64,000 nucleotides of DNA, taken from Vicinamibacterales bacterium (GTDB lineage Bacteria > Acidobacteriota > Vicinamibacteria > Vicinamibacterales > UBA8438). The translations under genes and the position numbers were made by a program. The stretch spans positions 2,159,736 through 2,223,735 of the forward strand of contig OZ244900.1 in assembly GCA_965221595.1 (NCBI GenBank), read 5' to 3'. A model generated the notes under the pieces. The model was not told the origin of the DNA. It saw only the letters and a program-made list of their open reading frames with translations, and did not search any database. Shown here one piece after another: positions 21,967-34,538 of this stretch (its first letter is position 1; each line of letters starts with the position of its first letter).

Positions 21967-22902
21967 TCAACCGTGGTTTCCTGCTGCACTGCCGTCCGCC
22001 ACCGCCGGATCGAGCAGTTCGAGCGTGCGCAGCGCCACCTCGCGCACGCGCAGGCTCGCATCGCTGCGGCTCAGCTCGGCCACCCGGTCGTGAAGCTGCG
22101 ATGCCTTGAGTGCTCCGACGGCCTGCAGCCCGCTGATCATGACCTCGGCGACCGGATCCGCGCCGCCGTCCGGGCTGGACGCGCGGTCGATGTTGCGCTG
22201 CAGATAGTCGCGATCCAGCATCCTGCCGAGTACCCGCAGCCCATCGCTCCGGCCGTGGCGCGCCAGGGCCACGGCGGCGTTCCACTGTACGTCGGGCACG
22301 GCGTCGTCCAGCGCGTTGCGGAGCGTGGCGGCACGCTCGTCGGCCGGCAGCACGCCGAGTGCATACACCGTCATCTTCCGAACACCCGCGTCCTCTGAAA
22401 GGTACATGGCCTCGATCTCGTCGACCACCGACGGGTCGCCAATCGACGCCAGAGCCCAGATGACGCTGATGCGGGTCTCCGAATCGGGATCTTCCAGTGC
22501 CTCGACCAGCGTCTCGAGTGCGCCGGGGGGCTGCGTCCGCAGCCGACCCACGGCGAGTGCCAGATAGCGGCGCACCCGGGGGTCGTCACCAACCGAATCG
22601 GCAAAGGCCTGCACGACCGCCGGACCGAGATCCGGATGCCGGTCCTCGATCCCGGGCGTATCCAACAACCGCGACAGCTCGTACGCTGCCGGCCAACGGC
22701 GATCCCGCCCGCCGACCCGCACGTCGTTGAGAAACTCCTCGGGCGTTCGCGCGTCGGTTACGAGCATGCGGAATCCGCCGTAGATGAACACGACCGCGGC
22801 TACGACGGCCAGCGGGATCAGGAAGAACTGAACGGCAAGCGCGGGCGCCTTGGCAAGCGGACCGCGGGCGGGCGCAGCTTCGCGCTCGTCGAGCTCGTTC
22901 AT
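21967..22902 (-). CDS. membrane-anchored HEAT-repeat protein; first gene of the Rieske/cyt b operon
   Basis: A TM (LAVQFFLIPLAVVAAVVFIYGGF) is followed by HEAT-like units (VIWALASIGDPSVVDEI, VRKMTVYALGVL, VQWNAAVALARHGRSDG). It ends 30 nt before the Rieske start. Confidence 0.75.
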   Translation of the reverse strand: MNELDEREAAPARGPLAKAPALAVQFFLIPLAVVAAVVFIYGGFRMLVTDARTPEEFLNDVRVGGRDRRWPAAYELSRLLDTPGIEDRHPDLGPAVVQAFADSVGDDPRVRRYLALAVGRLRTQPPGALETLVEALEDPDSETRISVIWALASIGDPSVVDEIEAMYLSEDAGVRKMTVYALGVLPADERAATLRNALDDAVPDVQWNAAVALARHGRSDGLRVLGRMLDRDYLQRNIDRASSPDGGADPVAEVMISGLQAVGALKASQLHDRVAELSRSDASLRVREVALRTLELLDPAVADGSAAGNHG

Positions 22903-23030
22903 CGGGTGTCGGCTATCCGCGCGACTGAGGATGTGGAGGCCGGGTGCGTGCCCTCCGAGTTCCAGCGTACTACGGTGTCCGAATGCCGGTCAAGGCAGCC
23001 GCTTCCCGACCTGGTCATCTCGATTCTCCG

Positions 23031-23209
23031 GGCAACCCCGGCCAGAGCCACGCTGCCTTCGACGGGCGATGCTTCCCGCGAGGAACGGGGCTGCCCATCC
23101 TCGGCAGGATCGAAAGTGGTCAACATATCCCCCGTCACGCCTGGCTCCCGCCGGGAGCGGCATTCAACCGCGTCTCGGTGTGACGCGGAGTTCCACCACG
23201 GGCCACTAC
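23031..23209 (+). repeat. dispersed intergenic repeat, copy D (diverged, 5' arm degenerate)
   Basis: GGCAACCCCGGCCAGAGCCACGCTGCCTTCGACGGGCGATGCTTCCCGCGAGGAACGGGG...GTCTCGGTGTGACGCGGAGTTCCACCACGGGCCACTAC. The core and 3' module align with copy B. Confidence 0.55.
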
Positions 23210-23400
23210 CGCCTCACGAGCAGCGTGACGAGCGAGAGGACCACGCTGGCGAGAATGCACGTTGCGATCGGCACGTAAATCGTCGTCCCCGCCCTCCGGT
23301 ACACAATGTCGCCCGGCAGGCGACCGAGCGGCACACCGACCATCACCAGCGCACCGGCCCCGGCCAGCAGCAGACCGACGAGCAGCAGCGTCTTCCCCAC
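23206..23400 (-). CDS. DUF2905-family small membrane protein
   Basis: MGKTLLLVGLLLAGAGALVMVGVPLGRLPGDIVYRRAGTTIYVPIATCILASVVLSLVTLLV is the typical DUF2905 sequence (GRLPGDI...FYFPI-like). Confidence 0.7.
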   Translation of the reverse strand: MGKTLLLVGLLLAGAGALVMVGVPLGRLPGDIVYRRAGTTIYVPIATCILASVVLSLVTLLVRR

Positions 23401-23413
23401 CCCGGTGAGCCGT

Positions 23414-23833
23414 CTACCCGCGGTCGGATGCCGAACCGGGAAAAAAGTAGTTCAACTCGAATGCCGCCGTCTCGAGCGCATCCGACCCGTGCGTCGCGTT
23501 CTGCTCGATCGTACGCCCGAACTCCCGCCGCAGCGTTCCACGCTCGGCTTGCGCCGGATCCGTCGCTCCCATCAGCCGCCGCCAGCGCGCGATGCAGTCG
23601 GGCGCCTCGAGCGCGAGCAGCACGAGCGGGCCGGACGACATGAAGCTGGTCAGGCTATCGAAGAACGGCCTGTCACGGTGCACGGCGTAGAACCCCTCGG
23701 CTTCCGACTTCGTCAGCTGCGCGAGCCGCATCGCCCTGATACGCAGCTCCGCCCCCTCGATGCGATGGATGATCGCACCGACGAGCTGACGCTCGACCGC
23801 GTCGGGTTTGATGATGGCCAGCGTTCGTTGCAT
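23414..23833 (-). CDS. ndk: nucleoside-diphosphate kinase
   Basis: [13 protein letters not shown]...[19 protein letters not shown]...GATDP..A..GTLR..F...NATHGSD, with the active-site His. Confidence 0.95.
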   Translation of the reverse strand: MQRTLAIIKPDAVERQLVGAIIHRIEGAELRIRAMRLAQLTKSEAEGFYAVHRDRPFFDSLTSFMSSGPLVLLALEAPDCIARWRRLMGATDPAQAERGTLRREFGRTIEQNATHGSDALETAAFELNYFFPGSASDRG

Positions 23834-23887
23834 GGCGATGCAATACTCCTCGCCCGTCGGACGTCGCGTTGGGCCTCGACCCGGCTC

Positions 23888-24934
23888 CTACCGCAGCGAC
23901 TCCATGATCTCGGCAAGCACGGCCTTCGGCGGCCTGGTACGCTCCTGTGCAAGCTGCGCGAGCGGCTCGTCCACGAGATTGAGCATGGTCAGGAAATCGT
24001 CGCGGTCCGGCTCGACATAGATGACTCCGGTGGCGAACTCGCCGCGGCGCCGCGTCTCGTGCAGGACGCGCAGGGCCTGCAGCCGGTCGAGCGGATCGTA
24101 CTCCTCGTCGACCTTCGTGAGATACAGCGTCGATCCATCGTGCAGCGGTACGGCCTGCGTCGTGCCCGGCTCGTAGTCGACGGAGATGTCCTCGAAGAAC
24201 GGCACGAAGCTGATGGCCTCGAGCGGGTCCTCATGCGCCTTGGCGTAGGCGTAGCTCTTCGTGGAGCCCTCGTGATCGTTGAAAGTGACGCATGGCGAGA
24301 GGACGTCGATCATGGCCGTTCCGCGGTGAGCCAGCGCGGCCTTCAGAATCGCCATGAGCTGCTTCTTGTCACCCGAGAACGAGCGCGCGACGAACGTCGC
24401 CCCCAGCTCCACTGCCAGGGCGCAGGTGTCGATCGGCGGCAGGTCGTTGACCACGCCCGTCTTGAGCGTCGAACCCAGATCGGCCGTCGGCGAGAACTGG
24501 CCCTTCGTGAGACCGTAACACCCGTTGTCCTCGATGATGTAGATGATCGGCAGGTTGCGCCGCATCAGGTGCACGAACTGGCCGATGCCGATGGCCCCGG
24601 TGTCGCCGTCGCCGCTCACGCCGAGCGCAATCAGCTTGCGGTTTGCCAGGAGAGCGCCCGTGCCCACGGAAGGCATCCGGCCGTGCACGGCATTGAACCC
24701 GTGCGCCGAACCGAGAAAATAGGCCGGGCTCTTGCTGGAACAACCGATGCCGGACAGCTTCACGACCCGGCTCGGATCGACCCCCATCTCGTAGCAGGCG
24801 CCGATGATTCGCTCCGAAATCGCGTTGTGGCCGCAGCCCGCGCACAAGGTCGTCTTCGTGCCCCGGTACTCCTTCGATACGAGCCCGATCCTGTTGACGT
24901 TCTTTCGCGGTTCCGGTGGTGCGACGCTCGCCAC
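23888..24934 (-). CDS. korB: 2-oxoacid:ferredoxin oxidoreductase, beta (TPP-binding) subunit
   Basis: LCAGCGHNAI, GIGCSSK, HGRMPSVGTGA and SGDGDTGAIGIGQFVHLMRRNLPIIYIIEDNGCYGLTKGQ are TPP-motif signatures. Confidence 0.9.
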   Translation of the reverse strand: MASVAPPEPRKNVNRIGLVSKEYRGTKTTLCAGCGHNAISERIIGACYEMGVDPSRVVKLSGIGCSSKSPAYFLGSAHGFNAVHGRMPSVGTGALLANRKLIALGVSGDGDTGAIGIGQFVHLMRRNLPIIYIIEDNGCYGLTKGQFSPTADLGSTLKTGVVNDLPPIDTCALAVELGATFVARSFSGDKKQLMAILKAALAHRGTAMIDVLSPCVTFNDHEGSTKSYAYAKAHEDPLEAISFVPFFEDISVDYEPGTTQAVPLHDGSTLYLTKVDEEYDPLDRLQALRVLHETRRRGEFATGVIYVEPDRDDFLTMLNLVDEPLAQLAQERTRPPKAVLAEIMESLR

Positions 24935-24955
24935 GGTATCTTCCCTCCGAATGCC

Positions 24956-26854
24956 CTACTCCCCGCCCACGCCGGCGCTGCGCGGCAGCCGGACCGGCTC
25001 GGCCCCGGCCTTCTCGGCGCGGTAGCCCTCTTGAATCAGGATGCTGTCGGTAATCGTGCGCGCGTCGACCGGGTTGCCCGTGTAGTGCAGCACGCTGCGC
25101 AGCCGGCTGGCGAGGTCGGTCGGCACGTCGAGCTTCATCAGGCTCAGCATCTGCGCGTCACGGTTCTGCTCCACCACGTAGACGCGGTCGTAGCGCTCGA
25201 TGAACGACGCCAGCGCGGTGCGGAAGGGATAGGCGCACACCCGGAAATAGGAAGTATGGAGGTCCGCTTCGGCGAGCAGCTGGTCGCGGCTCTCGACGAC
25301 GGCCCAGTGGGTGGTGCCGTAGGCGACGATGCCGATCGAGGCATTCCGGTTGATGGTCACCACCGGCTCCGGCAACCAGTGCCGCGCCGTCTCGAACTTC
25401 CGCGCCAGACGCTCGATGTTCTTCTGGTAGTCGTCCGGCCGCTCGCTGTACTGCGCCCACTCGTTGTGCCCGGACCCCCGGCAGAAGAACGCGGGCATGC
25501 CATCGCCGGGAATGCTGCGGTAGGCGATACCATCGCCGTCGACATCCCTGTACCGACCGAACTTGCCAATCCGTTCGAGCGCCTCGTCGTCGAGCACCTT
25601 GCCGCGATCGAGCGGTTTCGAGGGGTACTCGAAGGGCCTGGACATCCAGGTGTTCATACCCAGGTCGAGATCGCTCATCACGAACACCGGCGTCTGAAAA
25701 CGTTCGGCGAGGTCGAACGCGTCGATCGCCATCGAGTAGCACTCCTCGACCGACGCCGGAAACAGCATCAGATGCCGCGTGTCGCCGTGCGAGAGGAACG
25801 CAGTGGCGAGCACGTCGCCCTGGGCGGTGCGGGTCGGCAGCCCCGTCGACGGGCCCACCCGTTGCACGTCGAAGATGACAGCCGGCACCTCCGCGTAGTA
25901 GCCCAGGCCGGAGAACTCGGCCATGAGCGAGATGCCGGGACCGGAGGTCGAAGTCATGGAGCGTGCGCCTGCCCAGCCTGCGCCAATCGCCATGCCGAGC
26001 GCCGCAATCTCGTCCTCGGCCTGCACGACGGCAAACGTCGCCTGGCCGGTTTCCTTGTCGATACGGTACTTCCGCAGATAGTCGATGAGTGTTTCGCACA
26101 GCGACGAAGACGGGGTGATCGGATACCACGTGACCACGGTCACGCCAGCCATCATCGCACCCAGCGCGGCCGCAGCGTTCCCCTCGATGAGGACGAGCCC
26201 GTTCGTCTCGTCCATCGGCTCTACGACCAGCCGGTCGCGCTTCTCGAGATGCTCCGCCGCGAACCGGAAGCCGGCCTCGAGCGCCCCGCGATTCAGCGCC
26301 ACCGCCTTGGGCTTGCGGCCCAGCTGCTTCTCGAGGGCGGCCTCCATGTGCCGCATCTCAATCTGCAGCAGGTTGGCGAGCACCCCGTCGTAGATCATGT
26401 TGCGCACGAGGCGCCGCAGCTTGGCGTCGGTGCAGACGCCCGCCACGAGCTTGTCGAACGGGACCGGATAGAAGATGAGATCGTCGCGCAGCTCGTCGAG
26501 CCCCAGCGGCTCGTCGTAGACGACCGCGGCGCCCGGATCGAGGGCGAGCACGTCCTCGCGCGCCGTTTCCGCGTTCATTGCCACGAGCAGGTCGATGCCG
26601 GCCTTGCGGGCGATGTAGCCGTCCTTGTTGGCCCGAATCGTGAACCACGTGGGAAGACCGGCGATGTTCGAAGGAAACAGGTTCTTGCCGGATACGGGGA
26701 CGCCCATCCGAAAGATGGAGCGTAGGAGCACCAGGTTGGCCGTCTGGCTGCCCGAACCGTTGACGGTGGCAACCTGAATGCTGAAATCGTTGACGATCCG
26801 CTCGGTGAGATGCGTTGCGGGAGCGTCGAGTACGGCTACGTCAGAAGGCGCCAT
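24956..26854 (-). CDS. korA: 2-oxoacid:ferredoxin oxidoreductase, alpha subunit
   Basis: FSIQVATVNGSGSQTANLVLLRSIFRMGVPVSGKNLFPSNIAGLPTWF, YPITPSS and GPSTGLPTRTAQGD are KorA/OorA-type signatures. Confidence 0.9.
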   Translation of the reverse strand: MAPSDVAVLDAPATHLTERIVNDFSIQVATVNGSGSQTANLVLLRSIFRMGVPVSGKNLFPSNIAGLPTWFTIRANKDGYIARKAGIDLLVAMNAETAREDVLALDPGAAVVYDEPLGLDELRDDLIFYPVPFDKLVAGVCTDAKLRRLVRNMIYDGVLANLLQIEMRHMEAALEKQLGRKPKAVALNRGALEAGFRFAAEHLEKRDRLVVEPMDETNGLVLIEGNAAAALGAMMAGVTVVTWYPITPSSSLCETLIDYLRKYRIDKETGQATFAVVQAEDEIAALGMAIGAGWAGARSMTSTSGPGISLMAEFSGLGYYAEVPAVIFDVQRVGPSTGLPTRTAQGDVLATAFLSHGDTRHLMLFPASVEECYSMAIDAFDLAERFQTPVFVMSDLDLGMNTWMSRPFEYPSKPLDRGKVLDDEALERIGKFGRYRDVDGDGIAYRSIPGDGMPAFFCRGSGHNEWAQYSERPDDYQKNIERLARKFETARHWLPEPVVTINRNASIGIVAYGTTHWAVVESRDQLLAEADLHTSYFRVCAYPFRTALASFIERYDRVYVVEQNRDAQMLSLMKLDVPTDLASRLRSVLHYTGNPVDARTITDSILIQEGYRAEKAGAEPVRLPRSAGVGGE

Positions 26855-26918
26855 TCACGGCCTCGCCATCCATGGAAACGAGACATGGAAACAGAAAACT
26901 CCCTATTGTAGCACGGAC

Positions 26919-27788
26919 TTAGCCGAGGCGCTTGGCCACCGCCGCGCCGATTCCGGCCGGGCTGCGGACTACCGTCACCCCCGCTGCCTCCAGCGCCGTC
27001 ATCTTCTCGGCCGCAGTTCCCTGGCCGCCCGAGATGATGGCGCCGGCGTGCCCCATGCGCCGCCCGGGCGGCGCCGTCTGGCCGGCGATGAAGCCAACCA
27101 CCGGCTTGGCGAATGCCGTACGCACGTAGGCCGCGGCTTCCTCCTCCGCGGTGCCGCCGATTTCGCCGATGAGGACGACCGCCTCCGTGGCCTCGTCCGC
27201 GGCGAACAGCTGCAGCGCGTCCACGAAGCTGGTCCCGATCAACGGATCGCCGCCGATCCCGATGCAGGTGGTCTGCCCCAATCCGAGGCGCGTAAGCTGG
27301 TGCATCGCCTCGTAGGTGAGAGTCCCGCTCTTGGAGACGATGCCTACGCGGCCCTCGCGGCAGATGTGCCCGGGAATGATGCCGGCCTTGGCCGCCCCGG
27401 CCGAGATGATTCCAGGACAGTTGGGACCGATCAGCCGCGTCGGGCGGGTTTCGAGAAAACGCACGACGGACAGCATGTCGAGGGTCGGAATCCCCTCGGT
27501 GATGCAGACGACGAGCGGGATCGATGCGTCGGCCGCCTCCAGAATGGCATCCGCCGCGACGGCGGGCGGCACGAAGATGACCGACGCGTTCGCGCCAGTC
27601 TCGCGCACGGCCCGCTCCACGGTGTCGAAAATCGGCCAGCCTGCGTGGGTCGTTCCCCCTTTGCCCGGCGTGACGCCGCCGACCACCGTGGTGCCGAACT
27701 CGGCCGCCTGTCTGGCATGGAACGTGCCCTCCCGCCCGGTCAGCCCCTGGACGAGAAGGCGGGTACTGCGATCGATGAGGACGGACAT
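26919..27788 (-). CDS. sucD: succinyl-CoA synthetase alpha subunit
   Basis: [41 protein letters not shown] and the phospho-His loop SKSGTLTYE...MGHAGAI. Confidence 0.95.
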   Translation of the reverse strand: MSVLIDRSTRLLVQGLTGREGTFHARQAAEFGTTVVGGVTPGKGGTTHAGWPIFDTVERAVRETGANASVIFVPPAVAADAILEAADASIPLVVCITEGIPTLDMLSVVRFLETRPTRLIGPNCPGIISAGAAKAGIIPGHICREGRVGIVSKSGTLTYEAMHQLTRLGLGQTTCIGIGGDPLIGTSFVDALQLFAADEATEAVVLIGEIGGTAEEEAAAYVRTAFAKPVVGFIAGQTAPPGRRMGHAGAIISGGQGTAAEKMTALEAAGVTVVRSPAGIGAAVAKRLG

Positions 27789-27811
27789 CGGCAGCGTTCA
27801 CCCCGGCGCGC

Positions 27812-28987
27812 TCAGCGCGCCGTACCAGCCGCGCCGGCGAGCGCAACGACCCGCTCGGCTGCTTCGTCCATCGCGTCGGCGGTCGTGAAGTTCAGACCAC
27901 TCTCGCGCAGTATCTGCTTGCCCTGTTCCACGTTCGTGCCCTCCATGCGAATGACGACCGGAACCGACACCGCCAGCTCCTGCACGGCGGCAATCACGCC
28001 CGCGGCCAGCACGTCGCAGCGCAGAATCCCGCCGAAGATGTTGATGAGCACCGCCTTGACGTTCCCGTCCGACATCAGGATGCGAAAGGCATTGCGGATC
28101 TGTTCGGCATTGGCACCCCCGCCGACGTCGAGAAAGTTCGCCGGCGTGCCGCCCGCGAGCTTGATGATGTCCATGGTCGCCATCGCCAGTCCGGCACCGT
28201 TGACCATGCAGCCGATCGTGCCGTCGAGCCGGATGTAGTTCAGGGCGTGCTTCGAAGCCTCGATCTCGAGCTCTTCCTCTTCCGCGAGATCACGGAGGTG
28301 CCGCAGCTCCGGATGCCGGAACAGCGCGTTGTCGTCGAGGGACACCTTGCCGTCGAGCGCCAGCACGTCACCGGTCCCGGTGACGACGAGCGGATTGATC
28401 TCCACCAGGGAGGCGTCGTTCTCCCGGAAGACCGTCCAGGCCGCCTGCATCACGCGCACGGCCCCGGCTGCCGTCGGGCCCGTCAGGTCCAGGCTGTACG
28501 CGAGGCGCCGTCCCTGAAACGCGAGCAGTCCGACACCGAGGTCGATTTCCTCCCGCAGGATGAGTTCCGGCGTGTCGGCCGCGACCTGCTCGATCTCCAT
28601 GCCGCCGGCCGCACTGGCCATGATGATGGGCCGCGTCGTGGACCGGTCGATCAGCAACCCCAGGTACAGCTCGCGCTCGATATCCAGCGCCTCCTCGACC
28701 AGTACGCGCGACACGCGGCGACCCTCGGGGCCGGTCTGCGGCGTGACGAGCGTCATCCCGATCAGCGCCTGCGCCGCCGCCTCGGCCTCCTGCGGATTCG
28801 CGACCACCTTCACGCCGCCACCCTTGCCGCGCCCCCCCGCATGGATCTGGGCCTTGACGACCGCGCGCCCCCCGAGACGCTCCGCCACCCCGCGCGCCTC
28901 GGCCGGCGTGAACGCAACCTCGCCGCGCGGGACGGCCAGACCATGCTTCGTGAACAGGATCTTCGCCTGGTACTCGTGAATCTTCAC
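27812..28987 (-). CDS. sucC: succinyl-CoA synthetase beta subunit
   Basis: [20 protein letters not shown]...[19 protein letters not shown]...INPL...[18 protein letters not shown]. Confidence 0.95.
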   Translation of the reverse strand: MKIHEYQAKILFTKHGLAVPRGEVAFTPAEARGVAERLGGRAVVKAQIHAGGRGKGGGVKVVANPQEAEAAAQALIGMTLVTPQTGPEGRRVSRVLVEEALDIERELYLGLLIDRSTTRPIIMASAAGGMEIEQVAADTPELILREEIDLGVGLLAFQGRRLAYSLDLTGPTAAGAVRVMQAAWTVFRENDASLVEINPLVVTGTGDVLALDGKVSLDDNALFRHPELRHLRDLAEEEELEIEASKHALNYIRLDGTIGCMVNGAGLAMATMDIIKLAGGTPANFLDVGGGANAEQIRNAFRILMSDGNVKAVLINIFGGILRCDVLAAGVIAAVQELAVSVPVVIRMEGTNVEQGKQILRESGLNFTTADAMDEAAERVVALAGAAGTAR

Positions 28988-29064
28988 AGTCGTCGCCCGC
29001 CCAATCGCCGTCTGCCGCCCCTCCGACCCGCCACGAAATCAGCGCCGCTGCGCGGCGCACACGC

Positions 29065-29997
<933 letters not shown>

Positions 29998-30137
29998 TCA
30001 GCTCCTTCCTGGGTATCGATCCCTGCGTGGTCCCGATGACGGCAGCAGTGTGCCGAACCGGGACCGAGCCGCTCGTTTAGGTCACTTCCCTGCGGCCCAC
30101 GACGAGATCTTCAACAGAAATTGTGGAAAACCTTGTG

Positions 30138-30183
30138 AAAAAATGGCCCGTCGGACGCCGGCAAGCCGCATCAAACGGACGGG
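30138..30183 (-). terminator. terminator-like hairpin plus T6 on the minus strand inside the mdh/serA divergent region
   Basis: Minus-strand reading: CCCGTC-(25 nt)-GACGGG-CCA-TTTTTT. The stem is only 6 bp with a large loop, so this call is weak. Confidence 0.3.
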
Positions 30184-30291
30184 TTTAGCGATTTGCACCA
30201 TCGTGGTGCGGCAGGCACTACCGTGACCGGTCTCCCGCAGACGGGGTGAGATTATACTGTACGGCCTGTGCGGCGTCCGGCCCCGCGTGTC

Positions 30292-31893
30292 ATGAAAATC
30301 GTCATCGCCGACCCCCTCCCCGCATCCGTCGCCGATCTGCTGCGCCGCGAAGGGTGGACGGTGGACAGCCGGACCGATCGTTCCCGCGGCGAGCTCGAGG
30401 CGGCCCTGGCGCATGCCGACGGCGTCATCGTCCGCAGTGCCACACGCGTGGACGCCGCGCTGATCGCGGCCGCGCCGCGCCTGCGTGTGGTGGCCCGAGC
30501 CGGCACGGGCGTCGACAACGTCGACCTGCAGGCCGCCAGCCAGCGGGGCGTGCTGGTGCTCAACGCGCCGGGCGCCAACAGCATCAGCGTGGCGGAGCAC
30601 GCCTGCGCCCTCATGCTGGCGCTCGCCCGCTCCGTGACCCGGGCCGATGCCCTGATGAAGGACGGCCGCTGGGAGAAGAAGTCGCTGCAGGGCGCGGAGC
30701 TGCGCGGCAAGACCCTGGGCCTGGTCGGGCTCGGCCGCATCGGCCGCGAGGTCGTGCGGCGCGCGCGAGCCTTCGAGATGCGGATCGTCGCACACGATCC
30801 GTACATCACGTCGCAGGTTGCCAGCGACCTCGACGTCGTGCTCGTATCACTCGACGAACTCTGCGAACAGGCCGATTTCATAAGCCTGCATGTGCCGTCG
30901 ACCAGCGGGACCCGCCAACTCCTGAACCGCGCGCGGCTGGCACGCTGCAAGCCCGGCGTCCGCATCGTCAACACCGCGCGGGGCAGCCTCATCGACGAGT
31001 CGGCACTGGCCGCGGCGCTGGCCTCCGGCCACGTCGGCGGAGCCGGGCTGGACGTGTTCGAGACGGAGCCGCCCGCGTCGAACGTCCTCACCGGCCTGCC
31101 GCAGGTGGTGGCGACGCCGCACATCGCGGCCTCGACGCGGGAGGCCCAGGAGCTGGTGGGGCTCGAAGCGGCCACCGCCGTCCGGGATTTCCTGCGCTCG
31201 GGCAGCGTCCGCAACGCCGTCAACTTTCCTTCCGTGTCGCCGGAGGACTTCAAGCGCCTGCAGCCGTACATCGGACTCGCCGAGCGGCTGGGCAGCTTTC
31301 TCGCCCAGCTCACGGAGGAGCGGATAGAGAGCGTCGGCATCCGCTACTACGGCGCGCTCGCGGGCACGAGCCACGACCTGCTCGTCGGTGCCGTGCTCGT
31401 CGGGCTGTTCCGCACGGTTCTGTCCTCCACCGTGACGCTCGTCAACGCGCGCTCGCTGGCACAGCAGCGCGGCGTGGAAATCGTGGAGTCCCACAGCTCC
31501 CGTCCCCGCAACTTCACGAGCCTCATCTCGATCAAGCTGCACACCAGCGGCGGCGAGCACTGGGCCGAAGGCGCGGTCTTCGAGCCCAGCGAGCCGCGGC
31601 TGGTGCTGCTCGACGGGGTCGAGGTGGAGGCGCCGCTGACCGGCACACTCGTGGTCATCCGCAACAGCGACCAGCCGGGCGTAATCGGCGAGGTGGGCAC
31701 AATCCTCGGGCGTCACCGTCTCAACATCGCCACGTTCGCTCTCGGGCGCGCCAAGGCCGGCGCCGTCGGCGTCGTCAACATCGAGACCTGCGACGCGGAC
31801 GCCACGCCGCCGCCGGCCGCGATCGACAGTGCACTGCTCGAAGAAATTCGACAAGTGCCAGCCGTTCGGGACGTCGGCCTAGCCCGACTCTAG
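30292..31893 (+). CDS. serA: D-3-phosphoglycerate dehydrogenase (long form with ACT domain)
   Basis: MKIVIADPL...VVARAGTGVDNVDL...NAPGANSISVAEH...GLVGLGRIGREV...TPHIAAST, plus a C-terminal ACT-like region (VIRNSDQPGVIGEVGTILG). The start is the internal ATG at 30292. Confidence 0.9.
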   Translation: MKIVIADPLPASVADLLRREGWTVDSRTDRSRGELEAALAHADGVIVRSATRVDAALIAAAPRLRVVARAGTGVDNVDLQAASQRGVLVLNAPGANSISVAEHACALMLALARSVTRADALMKDGRWEKKSLQGAELRGKTLGLVGLGRIGREVVRRARAFEMRIVAHDPYITSQVASDLDVVLVSLDELCEQADFISLHVPSTSGTRQLLNRARLARCKPGVRIVNTARGSLIDESALAAALASGHVGGAGLDVFETEPPASNVLTGLPQVVATPHIAASTREAQELVGLEAATAVRDFLRSGSVRNAVNFPSVSPEDFKRLQPYIGLAERLGSFLAQLTEERIESVGIRYYGALAGTSHDLLVGAVLVGLFRTVLSSTVTLVNARSLAQQRGVEIVESHSSRPRNFTSLISIKLHTSGGEHWAEGAVFEPSEPRLVLLDGVEVEAPLTGTLVVIRNSDQPGVIGEVGTILGRHRLNIATFALGRAKAGAVGVVNIETCDADATPPPAAIDSALLEEIRQVPAVRDVGLARL

Positions 31894-34434
<2,541 letters not shown>

Positions 34435-34436
34435 CC

Positions 34437-34510
34437 GCATGGCAAGAAGCCCGCTGCATTCGACGGGCGATGCATCCCGCCAGCGACGGCGCTGGACCAC
34501 GGGCTGCCGA
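34437..34510 (+). repeat. dispersed intergenic repeat, copy E (short, 5' arm degenerate)
   Basis: CATGGCAAGAAGCCCGCTGCATTCGACGGGCGATGCATCCCGCCAGCGACGGCGCTGGACCACGGGCTGCCGAG. It lies between pyrG and kdsA. Confidence 0.55.
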
Positions 34511-34529
34511 GGGTGGACGGGCCGCTGTC

Positions 34530-34535
34530 TATAAT
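34530..34535 (+). promoter_or_regulatory. perfect TATAAT -10 hexamer 3-6 nt upstream of the kdsA GTG codons
   Basis: GTCTATAATCGGGTGGTGCCA. TATAAT is at 34530-34535 and in-frame GTGs are at 34539 and 34542. No convincing -35 was seen. Confidence 0.3.
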
Positions 34536-34538
34536 CGG

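Noticed and set aside
22957-22973. GAGTTCCAGCGTACTAC resembling the 3' end of repeat copy D (GAGTTCCACCACGGGCCACTAC), as a possible target duplication or second truncated copy
   Set aside because: Only 8 + 5 nt match and there is no core sequence nearby. This is too short to distinguish from chance in my by-eye comparison.
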